NCBI GenBank assembly: GCA_003230085.1
Contig: QIGV01000154.1
Span: forward strand, 1,702-65,701
Source: Gammaproteobacteria bacterium
Lineage (GTDB): Bacteria > Pseudomonadota > Gammaproteobacteria > SZUA-140
Direction: 5' to 3'
DNA: 64,000 nucleotides
The notes under the pieces are model-generated. The model made no database searches and had not been told where the DNA came from. It saw only the letters and a program-made list of their open reading frames with translations. Below, in pieces: positions 9,368 through 17,968 of the stretch (within the stretch, counting starts at the first letter, position 1; every line of letters begins with the position of its first letter). The position numbers were made by a program, and so were the translations under genes.

Positions 9368-10004
9368 TGGTGGAGGCGGCGGGACAGCTTATCCAAACCT
9401 TTCGGAATGGGCTGGACTATACCTTCATCCTGTTGCCAGGATGCGGGGCGTGTTATTCACCATGTCGTTTTATGGCAAATCCTAGTGCTGGCTCGGTCCT
9501 GTCGGACTCAGCCAGTCTATGAGTCTCTACAGGGCAGGCCTGAGGTTAGCCCTCTTCCTACCCCTCGGTATTGCCCTGACAGCCTGTGCTGCTTTAGGTT
9601 TCACCGATGTGAGCCCCGTTATTCACTTTACCCTTACGGATAAAGGCGACCCGTGTTGATCGAACCCGCGTCCGCAAATCCTCTGCCTTCGGTTCTACAT
9701 GCTTATCCGCGTCAATTAGTTTAACTGCTTGCTACCCGACGGGCAGGGAAGACAAACAGCGAGTCCGGTAAGAGTTTAACGAATCCACCCCGGACGAGCT
9801 TCATCGCGATTCTGTGAGAGATGACGCCTGAGGTCTGAACGCACAGACACGGCTTCAGTCAGACGGCACCCTACTGGGTTTTAAGCAGCGAGTGCGTAGT
9901 TGTCGTCGTTGGCAACTATAAGGTTGCAGCTGGATTTACGAGGTTGTCTGCCCCTCGACATGCACCTAAGGTTTCGCGACCCACGTCGAAGCCAAGTCGC
10001 CCCC
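9368..10004 (-). ncRNA. ssrA: tmRNA (ssrA), apparently interrupted in the T-loop by a group I intron. Exon 1 is complement 9659..10004 and exon 2 is complement 9368..9384.
   Basis: 5' GGGGGCGACUUGGCUUCGACGUGGGUCGCGAAACC...; tag ORF GCCAACGACGACAACUACGCACUCGCUGCUUAA encodes ANDDNYALAA*. The sequence aligns with E. coli ssrA through PK4 to GCGGGUUCGAU, is then interrupted, and resumes with UCCCGCCGCCUCCACCA. Joining the two parts gives a 7-bp acceptor stem with G3:U70, the T-stem GCGGG/CCCGC, a 7-nt T-loop and 363 nt in total. Confidence 0.85.
9385..9658 (-). other. putative group I intron within the ssrA T-loop (~274 nt)
   Basis: 5' exon ends in U and the insert ends in G. An IGS GUCG pairs with exon CGAU (P1). 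There is an S-like element AAGGUAUAGUCC and an R-like element GUAGAGACUCAUAGAC. GNRA hairpins are present (UUUAUCC-GUAA-GGGUAAA and CC-GAAA-GG). Confidence 0.6.
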
Positions 10005-10117
10005 TTGATGTTTATTATATAGGTTCAGAGGAAAGATAAAAGATAAAAGAGGAAAGATAACGAAGCTATTATATAATTGGTTGTTTTTTGTATCTTTTAT
10101 CTTTTATCTTTGCTCTT

Positions 10118-10597
10118 TTATCTGATCTTAAGGAGCCGCTGCTTTTCCCGTGCCCAGTCGCGTTCGCGTTCATTGGCGCGTTTGTCGTGCTGTTTTTTGC
10201 CCTTTGCCATCCCGATTTTGAGTTTTGCCAGACCACCTTTCCAGTACATGCTGACGGGGACCAGGGTATAGCCCTTGCGTTCGACGGCGCCGATCAGGGT
10301 GCCGAGTTCCTTGCGATGCAAGAGTAACTTACGGGTGCGAAGGGGGTCAGGATTGATATGGGTGGATGCGGTGGGCAAAGGCGAGATATGGGCCCCAAAC
10401 AGCCAGGCCTCGCCGTTTTTGATGGTGACGTAGCTTTCTTTGATCTGGATGCGGCTGGCTCGCAGGCTTTTGACTTCCCAGCCCTCCAGTATCAGGCCGG
10501 CTTCAAATTGATCTTCGATGAAATAATCATGAAATGCCTTTTTGTTCACCACAATGGTGTTGTCCGGCTTTTTGGATTTTGATTTGCTTTTTGCCAT
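10118..10597 (-). CDS. smpB: SsrA-binding protein
   Basis: 159 aa; [12 protein letters not shown]...[10 protein letters not shown] motifs; lies immediately upstream of ssrA. Confidence 0.95.
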   Translation of the reverse strand: MAKSKSKSKKPDNTIVVNKKAFHDYFIEDQFEAGLILEGWEVKSLRASRIQIKESYVTIKNGEAWLFGAHISPLPTASTHINPDPLRTRKLLLHRKELGTLIGAVERKGYTLVPVSMYWKGGLAKLKIGMAKGKKQHDKRANERERDWAREKQRLLKIR

Positions 10598-10768
10598 GTG
10601 TGGACGATGTCTGTATAGGTCTTGGGTGTCAATATCGGGATATTTTGCCGGGTATTATACACACCCGTTCGCATGCGGTTGAGAGATCTGGGAAAATCCC
10701 CCACAATAGCCCGCTGTTGGGAATTTCAGGTATGGTATGTCTACTGGTTGGAGCAGCATGGGGAGAGT

Positions 10769-12142
10769 ATGGCCGAAGAACGAAGAGTAAGCATCCACGG
10801 GCAATGGTCGTCACGGTGGATATTTATCCTGGCGGCAACCGGGTCCGCAGTAGGATTAGGTAATATCTGGAAATTCCCCTATATCACTGGTGAAAATGGT
10901 GGTGGTGCCTTTGTGCTGGTCTATCTGGCTTGTATTGCCGTGATTGGCATCCCCATTATGATGGCGGAAGTAATGATAGGCCGCCGCGGACGTCAAAGTC
11001 CGATCAATACCATGCGGACGCTTGCCAAAGAAGAGGGCCGTCATCCGCTCTGGCAATATCTCGGCTGGTCAGGCGTTTTGGCCGGTTTCCTGATTCTCTC
11101 CTATTACAGTGTGATTGCCGGCTGGGCGCTGGCCTATGTGTTCCGTGCTGCGAGTGGCATTTTTCATGGCGCCAGTGCCGATGATGTGGGCGGCATTTTT
11201 ACCGAGCTGGTGTCGAGTCCGGAGCGATTGCTGGCATGGCATACTTTATTTATGGTAATGACCATGATCGTGGTCAGCCGAGGCGTTCGGGGTGGGCTGG
11301 AGCAGGCCGTACGGTATCTGATGCCGCTACTCTTTATTTTGCTGGTGGTGCTGGTCGGTTATGCGATGAGCACGGGCGCCTTTCTCGAAGGGGTTAAATT
11401 TCTGTTTGCGCCTGACTTCAGCAAGATCAACGCGGCCGGTATATTAATTGCGATGGGGCATGCCTTCTTTACCCTGAGTCTGGGCATGGGCGCGATCATG
11501 GTCTATGGTTCTTATATCCCTGAAAATGTCTCCATCGCCCAGACCTCCGTGATCATTGCGCTGGCCGATACGGCCGTGGCGCTGATGGCTGGTATGGTGA
11601 TATTTCCCATTGTTTTTGCCAATGGTCTGCAACCGGGCTCGGGTCCCGGCCTGATCTTCCAGACCTTACCGCTTGCTTTCGGGCAGATGCCGGCGGGGAG
11701 TTTTTTTGGCGTCTTGTTTTTTGTATTACTGGTATTTGCTGCCTGGAGTTCCGCTATCTCCCTGATCGAGCCTGCTGTGGCATGGCTGGTGGAAAATCAT
11801 GGGTTCACTCGGGTGGCAGCATCAGTCTGGTGCGGACTGGCCACCTGGCTGATGGGTTTGGGCACTATTTTCTCATTCAATATCTGGTCAGAGATAAAAT
11901 TGTTCGGCCTGACCTTCTTTGATTTGCTGGATTTCCTGACGGCCAATATCATGCTGCCAGCGGGTGGGTTATTTATCGCTATTTTTGCCGCCTGGATCAT
12001 GTCAAAGAAATCATCTCAGGATGAGTTGGCCATGACAGTGCCGATTACGTATAGTCTATGGCGGTTTCTGGTGAGGTTTGTAACCCCCGTGGCAGTGATC
12101 GTTGTTTTTCTGAACGCCGTTGGCGTCATCGGGTCTGATTGA
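10769..12142 (+). CDS. sodium-dependent transporter, SNF/NSS family
   Basis: GSAVGLGNIWKFPY... signature. Start set at MAEERR, which has a GGGAGAG RBS; the ORF track begins 49 codons earlier. Confidence 0.85.
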   Translation: MAEERRVSIHGQWSSRWIFILAATGSAVGLGNIWKFPYITGENGGGAFVLVYLACIAVIGIPIMMAEVMIGRRGRQSPINTMRTLAKEEGRHPLWQYLGWSGVLAGFLILSYYSVIAGWALAYVFRAASGIFHGASADDVGGIFTELVSSPERLLAWHTLFMVMTMIVVSRGVRGGLEQAVRYLMPLLFILLVVLVGYAMSTGAFLEGVKFLFAPDFSKINAAGILIAMGHAFFTLSLGMGAIMVYGSYIPENVSIAQTSVIIALADTAVALMAGMVIFPIVFANGLQPGSGPGLIFQTLPLAFGQMPAGSFFGVLFFVLLVFAAWSSAISLIEPAVAWLVENHGFTRVAASVWCGLATWLMGLGTIFSFNIWSEIKLFGLTFFDLLDFLTANIMLPAGGLFIAIFAAWIMSKKSSQDELAMTVPITYSLWRFLVRFVTPVAVIVVFLNAVGVIGSD

Positions 12143-12152
12143 GGCGTTTGGC

Positions 12153-12590
12153 ATGCCGGTAGTCAGTAAAAGCGCGCTTGTCCCGCACACCAGTGCACAA
12201 ATGTATGCCCTGGTGGATGATATCATCGCCTATCCCAACTTTTTGCCCTGGTGCAAGAGCTCCCGTGTTTGGCATCGTGATGAGGATGAAGTCAAGGCTT
12301 CTATTGAGTTGGCACGAGGGGGTATCCAGAAGACTTTTACCACTTGTAATCGCTTGCAAAAAGATAAAATGATAGAAGTTCGCCTGGTGGAAGGCCCTTT
12401 TAAACATCTGCAGGGTTTCTGGCGTTTCGACGAACTGAATGAGACATCATGCAAGGTTTCCCTGGATATGGAATATGAATTTTCCAGTAAAATTCTAAAA
12501 ATCACTGTAGGACCTGTGTTTAATCAGATTACCAATACCTTACTTGATGCTTTTGTCAAACGCGCTGTTGAGATTTATGGGAAACGTTGA
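12153..12590 (+). CDS. ratA: SRPBCC-family ribosome-association toxin RatA / Coq10-like
   Basis: Collinear with E. coli RatA/YfjG from MPVVSKSALVPHTSAQMYALV. Confidence 0.85.
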   Translation: MPVVSKSALVPHTSAQMYALVDDIIAYPNFLPWCKSSRVWHRDEDEVKASIELARGGIQKTFTTCNRLQKDKMIEVRLVEGPFKHLQGFWRFDELNETSCKVSLDMEYEFSSKILKITVGPVFNQITNTLLDAFVKRAVEIYGKR

Positions 12591-12591
12591 A

Positions 12592-12915
12592 ATGATAGAA
12601 GTAGAAGTGGCGTATGCATTGCCGGACGTTCAGGTGATCATCCCGGTTAAGGTCAACGCCGACGCGACGGTTGAAGATGCGATTCAGCATTCAGGAATAC
12701 TTGGTAATCATCCTGAAATCAACCTGGATACAGACAAAGTCGGCATATTTGGCAAGCTGGCCAAGAAGGGCGCGCATCTTCGCGCCGGTGACAGGGTAGA
12801 GATCTATCGCCGCCTGATTGCAGACCCCAAGGAGGTGCGCCGCAAGCGCGCGGCAGAGGGTAAGCAGAAGAAGGATGGGGCAAAAGAAAGTCGCAAGAAT
12901 ACAGATGGCGGATGA
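12592..12915 (+). CDS. ratB: RnfH-family ubiquitin-like protein (RatB/YfjF)
   Basis: MIEVEVAYALP...; conserved position after ratA. Confidence 0.8.
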   Translation: MIEVEVAYALPDVQVIIPVKVNADATVEDAIQHSGILGNHPEINLDTDKVGIFGKLAKKGAHLRAGDRVEIYRRLIADPKEVRRKRAAEGKQKKDGAKESRKNTDGG

Positions 12916-12937
12916 GTAATGGTCCGTACTTCCCTTG

Positions 12938-13282
12938 TCAATCAGCCAGGGTAGGCGTTTCAGTATCAAGTGGTTGGGCGAGCGTGCTTTCTATGTGGGA
13001 CAGTTTATCATCCTTAAAATCGAGGATGATGTGGTATTGTTCGACTTCACGATTGCCCGGTTGGAGTCTGTAATAATATATCCAGCGGTTGCTGTTGAAG
13101 GAATCAATGATCAGAGGATTGCCTAAAACGAATTCGACCTGTCTCTTTGTCATACCGATATTGGTCTGTTCTATCATATCCGGCGTGACGATATTGCCTT
13201 GTTGCACATCGATTTTATGAGTGGTGCAGGCACTTGATAGCAGGCCGATCAATAGGACGGTATAGCCGAGTAATTTTTGCAT
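12938..13282 (-). CDS. bamE: outer membrane protein assembly factor BamE (SmpA/OmlA)
   Basis: Lipobox LLSSAC, BamE fold, and the conserved neighbourhood smpB-ratA-ratB-bamE. Confidence 0.85.
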   Translation of the reverse strand: MQKLLGYTVLLIGLLSSACTTHKIDVQQGNIVTPDMIEQTNIGMTKRQVEFVLGNPLIIDSFNSNRWIYYYRLQPGNREVEQYHIILDFKDDKLSHIESTLAQPLDTETPTLAD

Positions 13283-13388
13283 TGGGTATCCTGAGCGCTT
13301 GTTTTTTGTAGGATGATTATAGTTAAACATTGTGTCGTAGTGAAATGCCTTTCATAACATTCGTAATAGTAGGTGGAGATTTGCTGTA

Positions 13389-13796
13389 ATGGAAGATATC
13401 GACCTGAAAAAAGCTGGCCTGAAAATAACCTTGCCACGCCTGAAGATTCTACAGATTCTGGAAAGTAGAGAAATGCGCCATATGAGCGCTGAAGATGTTT
13501 ATAAGGCATTACTGCAATCCGGCGAAGATGTTGGTCTGGCAACGGTTTATCGAGTGCTTACCCAGTTTGAGACGGCTGGACTTGTATCCCGGCATCATTT
13601 TGAGGAAGGGCATTCAGTCTATGAATTGAACCAGGGAGAGCATCATGATCATATCCTGTGTATCAAGTGTGGCAAGGTTGATGAGTTCAACGATGAGATC
13701 ATCGAGCAACGGCAACGCAAAATCGCCCAAAAGGCCGGGTATGAAATCACTGATCATTGTTTGTATCTCTATGGGATATGCAAGGATTGTCAATAA
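13389..13796 (+). CDS. fur: ferric uptake regulator
   Basis: 135 aa; HHDH and C..C...C..C metal sites; Fur-family DNA-binding N-terminus. Confidence 0.95.
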   Translation: MEDIDLKKAGLKITLPRLKILQILESREMRHMSAEDVYKALLQSGEDVGLATVYRVLTQFETAGLVSRHHFEEGHSVYELNQGEHHDHILCIKCGKVDEFNDEIIEQRQRKIAQKAGYEITDHCLYLYGICKDCQ

Positions 13797-13945
13797 GATC
13801 GCTTTGCACGAACGATCTTTTGTCCTCATACGGCGTTAATAATGTGCTCGATGCTCATTTACGCCGTGTAAACTGCGCTTCTGCGCGCATTATTGCCTTG
13901 TCTGAGAACAAAATCTCATTCGTGCAATACTCTCTGTGACAATAA

Positions 13946-15619
13946 TCAGCCCTGCTGGCTGCGCATCAGCATTTCTTCGGCATGGGCGCGAGTCTGATCG
14001 GTGATCTCCACACCACCCAGCATGCGGGCGATTTCCTCGCAGCGCTGCTGACTGGATAGCTGTTGAATATTGACAGTGGTGATTTTCCTTGATGATTTTT
14101 TGCTGACTTGCAGGTGATGATGTCCTTGTGCGGCGACCTGAGGCAGGTGCGTGATGCACAGTACCTGGCACGCTTTACTGAGTGATCGTAACGCCTGGCC
14201 GACAATTTCCGCGACACCGCCGCCGATACCGACGTCCACTTCATCAAATATCATGGTGGGCACATCACTGCGTTGTCCTGTCACCGTGTGGATGGCAAGG
14301 CTGATGCGCGATAGTTCTCCACCCGAGGCAACTTTACCCAAGGGCTTGAGTGGCAGGTTGGGGTTGGTGGTGACCAGAAATTCCACGTCATCCATGCCAT
14401 GCGTTGTCATGCGATCATCGGTGTATGGGTTGACCTTGATCTGGATTTCTCCTTCAGGCATTCCCAGTTTTTTCATATGGGCGGTCGTTTGTCGACTTAA
14501 AGACAGGGCGGCCGCCACTCTGCTTTGAGTGAGTTTGCCGGCGCGTGAGCGGTATGTTTGTTCCGCTGCCTGAATCTCCACTAACAGCCGCTTTTTTTCC
14601 TGGTTGGCGTTTTCTAACTGGTGCAGCTTTTGTTCCAGGCGTATTGCGAAATCAGGTAATTCCCGGGCACTGACGCGGTGTTTGCGTGAAATATCATGAA
14701 TCGTAGAGAGGCGTTGCTCAATCTCCTGGAGGCGTTCTGGATCGAGATGTAGTGCGGAGAGATGGCGATGTAGTTCGCTCGCAGTATCCTGAAGCAAGAT
14801 CAATGCACCAGACAGGGTTTCAGCCATGGTGGATAGAACCTTGTCGTTCTCCTTTAATGATTGAAGATCGGCAACTATCCTGGACAGCATGGCGTTGACT
14901 GATTGCTCGCTGACATCCAGTTGTTCGAGGCTGCGCCGGGTAGTGTCGATCAGGGTGTCGGCATTGGCAAGCCGCTGATGCGTTTGTTCCAGCTCTTGAA
15001 GTTCCTCAGCCCCCAAATTCAGGGATTTGAGCTCATTGACTTGATAGGCTAGCAACGCAGTCTGGTCGTTCTGACCCGAAGTGCTTTCCTCGAGTTCGGT
15101 ATATGCCTGTTGCAGTTGCTGCAACTGCTGAAAACCCAGGTCTACTTTGGACAGGAGCTGAGGATGACTGGCAAAATTATCCAGCAATTGGCGTTTGAAA
15201 TCTTTTCTTAACAGGGACTGGTGTTCGTTCTGGCCATGGATGTCTACCAGCAGCTGGCCCAGTTCGTACAGCAACTGGCGGGGGACGGGGCGTCCATTGA
15301 TATAGGCCTTTGAAGGGCCTTCATTGCTGATCGTGCGGCGTAGATAACATTCGTGATCATGGTCAAGTTCATGCTGCTGCAGCCATTGTAGTGCTGGGTC
15401 ATTATGGCTGATATCCAGCAGCACGGTGATGTCGGCACGTTTGCAATGCTGGCGGACGACACTGCTATCTGCGCGCTTGCCCAGTGCCAGGCCCAGCGCC
15501 TCTATCAGAATAGATTTTCCGGCACCGGTTTCTCCAGTCAGGATGGTCAGACCTGACTCGAAATCCAGCGTAAGATCATCTACGAGCGCAAAATCCTGAA
15601 CCTGAATTTGGGTCAACAT
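13946..15619 (-). CDS. recN: DNA repair protein RecN
   Basis: 557 aa; N-terminal Walker A GETGAGKS; coiled-coil middle; C-terminal signature. Confidence 0.95.
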   Translation of the reverse strand: MLTQIQVQDFALVDDLTLDFESGLTILTGETGAGKSILIEALGLALGKRADSSVVRQHCKRADITVLLDISHNDPALQWLQQHELDHDHECYLRRTISNEGPSKAYINGRPVPRQLLYELGQLLVDIHGQNEHQSLLRKDFKRQLLDNFASHPQLLSKVDLGFQQLQQLQQAYTELEESTSGQNDQTALLAYQVNELKSLNLGAEELQELEQTHQRLANADTLIDTTRRSLEQLDVSEQSVNAMLSRIVADLQSLKENDKVLSTMAETLSGALILLQDTASELHRHLSALHLDPERLQEIEQRLSTIHDISRKHRVSARELPDFAIRLEQKLHQLENANQEKKRLLVEIQAAEQTYRSRAGKLTQSRVAAALSLSRQTTAHMKKLGMPEGEIQIKVNPYTDDRMTTHGMDDVEFLVTTNPNLPLKPLGKVASGGELSRISLAIHTVTGQRSDVPTMIFDEVDVGIGGGVAEIVGQALRSLSKACQVLCITHLPQVAAQGHHHLQVSKKSSRKITTVNIQQLSSQQRCEEIARMLGGVEITDQTRAHAEEMLMRSQQG

Positions 15620-15641
15620 AAGGGATATGGATAGTACTGAA

Positions 15642-16532
15642 TTATGATCTAAGCGGGTTTTCAGCCCAGTGCAGTTTGGCGCGAAGCAGTTCGTAGTGGT
15701 TGTGTTGTGCAGGGTGTATCAATCGGATCGGGCGTTTCTTTTTCATGACCCGGATGCGATCGCCAGCGTTGAGACTGAAGGCGATCTGGCCATCACAGGT
15801 AATCTGGGTGTTATCATGAGAATTATCGCAAACGACGATGTCGATCTGATTGTTGTCCTCGATAACAATGGGGCGGTTATTCATGCTATGGGGACAGATG
15901 GGCACCAGCACCAGCGCTTGCAATTGAGGGTGTAGAATAGGGCCGCCGGCAGAAAGAGCATAGGCTGTTGACCCGGTTGGCGTGGAGACTATCAGGCCGT
16001 CCGCACGCAGACGGCTGACAAATACGTCATTAATATATGTTTCCAACTGTATCATGCGCCCCACATTACATTTGTGGACGACGACATCGTTAAAGGCATC
16101 GCTTTGGTTGATTTGCTCATTGCCACGAAAAATACTGGCAGTTAACAAAAACCGGTTTTCAGTCAAAAATTTACCGGCAAGGATTTCATCCAGGTGTTTC
16201 TGCATGGTATCTGGAGAAATGTCGGTGAGAAAGCCGAGGTGGCCTAGATTGATGCCGACCAATGGGACATCATAATCAGCAAGTGCGCGCGCTGCGTTTA
16301 GTAAGGTGCCGTCGCCTCCGACAACGATGGCGAGGTCACAGCGTTCCCCGATTTCGGCCAGACTGCCAGATTCATGGTGTTTATCAGGGAGGATTCCAGC
16401 CGCATGTTCATCAATGATGACATGTAGATTTTTGTCGAGAAGATAGTGGCTGAGAACGGATAGCGCATTACTGACGCTGGGGTCGCCACGCTTGCCTATA
16501 ATACCAACCGATGAGAATGTCGCTGGTGCCAT
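15642..16532 (-). CDS. nadK: NAD kinase
   Basis: GGDGTLL and NRFLL... motifs; conserved nadK-recN pairing. Confidence 0.95.
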   Translation of the reverse strand: MAPATFSSVGIIGKRGDPSVSNALSVLSHYLLDKNLHVIIDEHAAGILPDKHHESGSLAEIGERCDLAIVVGGDGTLLNAARALADYDVPLVGINLGHLGFLTDISPDTMQKHLDEILAGKFLTENRFLLTASIFRGNEQINQSDAFNDVVVHKCNVGRMIQLETYINDVFVSRLRADGLIVSTPTGSTAYALSAGGPILHPQLQALVLVPICPHSMNNRPIVIEDNNQIDIVVCDNSHDNTQITCDGQIAFSLNAGDRIRVMKKKRPIRLIHPAQHNHYELLRAKLHWAENPLRS

Positions 16533-16758
16533 GAATTTTATTCTTTAAGAATTCAGTTATAGCAAGATGCTATCATGTTCGAGTGTTTGCTCCTACAGTA
16601 GCGGTTAAGGGGGCTAATTCGCATCCCGTGTCGTCTGACCGTTAGTCCCTGTCACGGCTTGCTCGTCATATAATGTGTTGTTAGCTATCTAGCGCGCCAT
16701 TAATCCGCTATAATAGCCGTCGTATTTCTTTTTAAATCATTAGGTTATACCCGTTATC

Positions 16759-17793
16759 GTGACTCAGGAAATCAATGAACGTGCCCAGCATCTGCTCAAG
16801 ACGTTAATTGAGAACTATATTCAGGAGGGTAACCCGGTAGGTTCGAGGAAGCTGGCCAAGGAATCCCGCCTGGCACTCAGTCCGGCTACCATCCGCAATA
16901 TCATGTCTGATCTGGAAATGCAGGGCTTGGTCACTGCACCACATACCTCAGCCGGGCGAATCCCCACACCTAGAGGTTACCGGATGTTTATCGATTCTCT
17001 ACTCAAAGTAGAGCCACTTGATTCAGAACAGTTGCGCCAGATGAAGGCGCAATTTAACCGCAATGAATCCATGCAGGATTTGGCGGCCTCGGTTTCCAGT
17101 TTATTATCGGATATCAGCAGTATGGCCGGCGTTGTCATGTTGCCGCGCGAAGTGCGCAGGGCATTAAGACATATCGAGTTTATGCCTTTATCAGAGAATC
17201 GCGTACTGGTCATTATGGTCATCAATGAACAGGAAGTGGAGAACACCATTATTCACACCCAACGCAATTATTCCGCTGCCGAATTACAACAGATCGCCAA
17301 TTGTCTGAATGAAATGTTTGCGGGCATGGATCTGGTGCAGGTGAGAAAACAATTGCTTAAGGAGTTACGTAGCACCCGGGCACAAATGGATGAGGTGATG
17401 CGCAACGCGATTACCATGGCTGAGCAAGTACTTGAGAAAAGTAATGACGATGACCACATCGTTTTTTCTGGCCAGACCAACTTGCTGGAATTTGATGAAT
17501 TATCCAATGTGGAAACATTGCGGGATCTATTCGAGGCCTTTAATGAAAAACGTCAGGTCCTGGGCCTGCTTGATCAGTGCCTGAGTACTGAAGGTGTGCA
17601 GATTTTTATCGGAGAAGAATCGGGGTACGGCATTCTGGATGAATGCAGCATCGTGACTTCAACCTACCAGGTGGATGGCCAGGTGCTGGGAGTTCTGGGC
17701 ATCATTGGCCCCACCCGCATGGCCTATGAGCGAGTGATCCCGCTTGTCGATGTGACAGCCAAAATGGTCAGCGCCGCCTTGAATCAGTCTTAA
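16759..17793 (+). CDS. hrcA: heat-inducible transcription repressor HrcA
   Basis: 344 aa; winged-helix N-terminus followed by an HrcA C-terminal domain. Confidence 0.9.
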   Translation: MTQEINERAQHLLKTLIENYIQEGNPVGSRKLAKESRLALSPATIRNIMSDLEMQGLVTAPHTSAGRIPTPRGYRMFIDSLLKVEPLDSEQLRQMKAQFNRNESMQDLAASVSSLLSDISSMAGVVMLPREVRRALRHIEFMPLSENRVLVIMVINEQEVENTIIHTQRNYSAAELQQIANCLNEMFAGMDLVQVRKQLLKELRSTRAQMDEVMRNAITMAEQVLEKSNDDDHIVFSGQTNLLEFDELSNVETLRDLFEAFNEKRQVLGLLDQCLSTEGVQIFIGEESGYGILDECSIVTSTYQVDGQVLGVLGIIGPTRMAYERVIPLVDVTAKMVSAALNQS

Positions 17794-17832
17794 TAGACTT
17801 CTAAATAGGTTTCCTTAGGAGTTTAAATCTCT

Positions 17833-17928
17833 TCGTCATTCCGGGCAGCACTTTTCGAAGATCCGGAATCCAAGGTTTGTGTTCAGTGTGTGCCGCTACC
17901 CACAGTGCATAGACGCTCGGAATGACGG
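17833..17928. repeat. palindromic repeat family 3, copy 1 (TCGTCATTCCGGGC...CCGGAATCCA...CGGAATGACGG)
   Basis: About 85% identical over ~45 nt to 45844..45888. Outer arms CGTCATTCCG / CGGAATGACG. Confidence 0.75.
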
Positions 17929-17968
17929 CTAACGAATTATTCAGAGGTTTTTTGAAAGAGTTGGAAAA

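Noticed and set aside
9368-10004. Alternative reading of the ssrA interruption as an island integrated at the tmRNA 3' end (attL/attR duplication)
   Set aside because: Integration at ssrA leaves an intact 3' end plus a partial direct repeat. Here the two T-arm halves flank the insert exactly, and only one copy of the 3' end exists. The insert also carries group I core-like blocks and U...G splice-site nucleotides. This reading is kept as the stated refutation condition.
10622-10768. 49-codon upstream extension of the NSS transporter ORF
   Set aside because: The conserved NSS N-terminus begins at MAEERR, which has a good RBS. The upstream part overlaps the smpB promoter region.
16540-16758. 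CIRCE operator upstream of hrcA
   Set aside because: I looked for TTAGCACTC-N9-GAGTGCTAA. Only a weak look-alike (TTAGCTATC-N9-...) is present, so it is not called.
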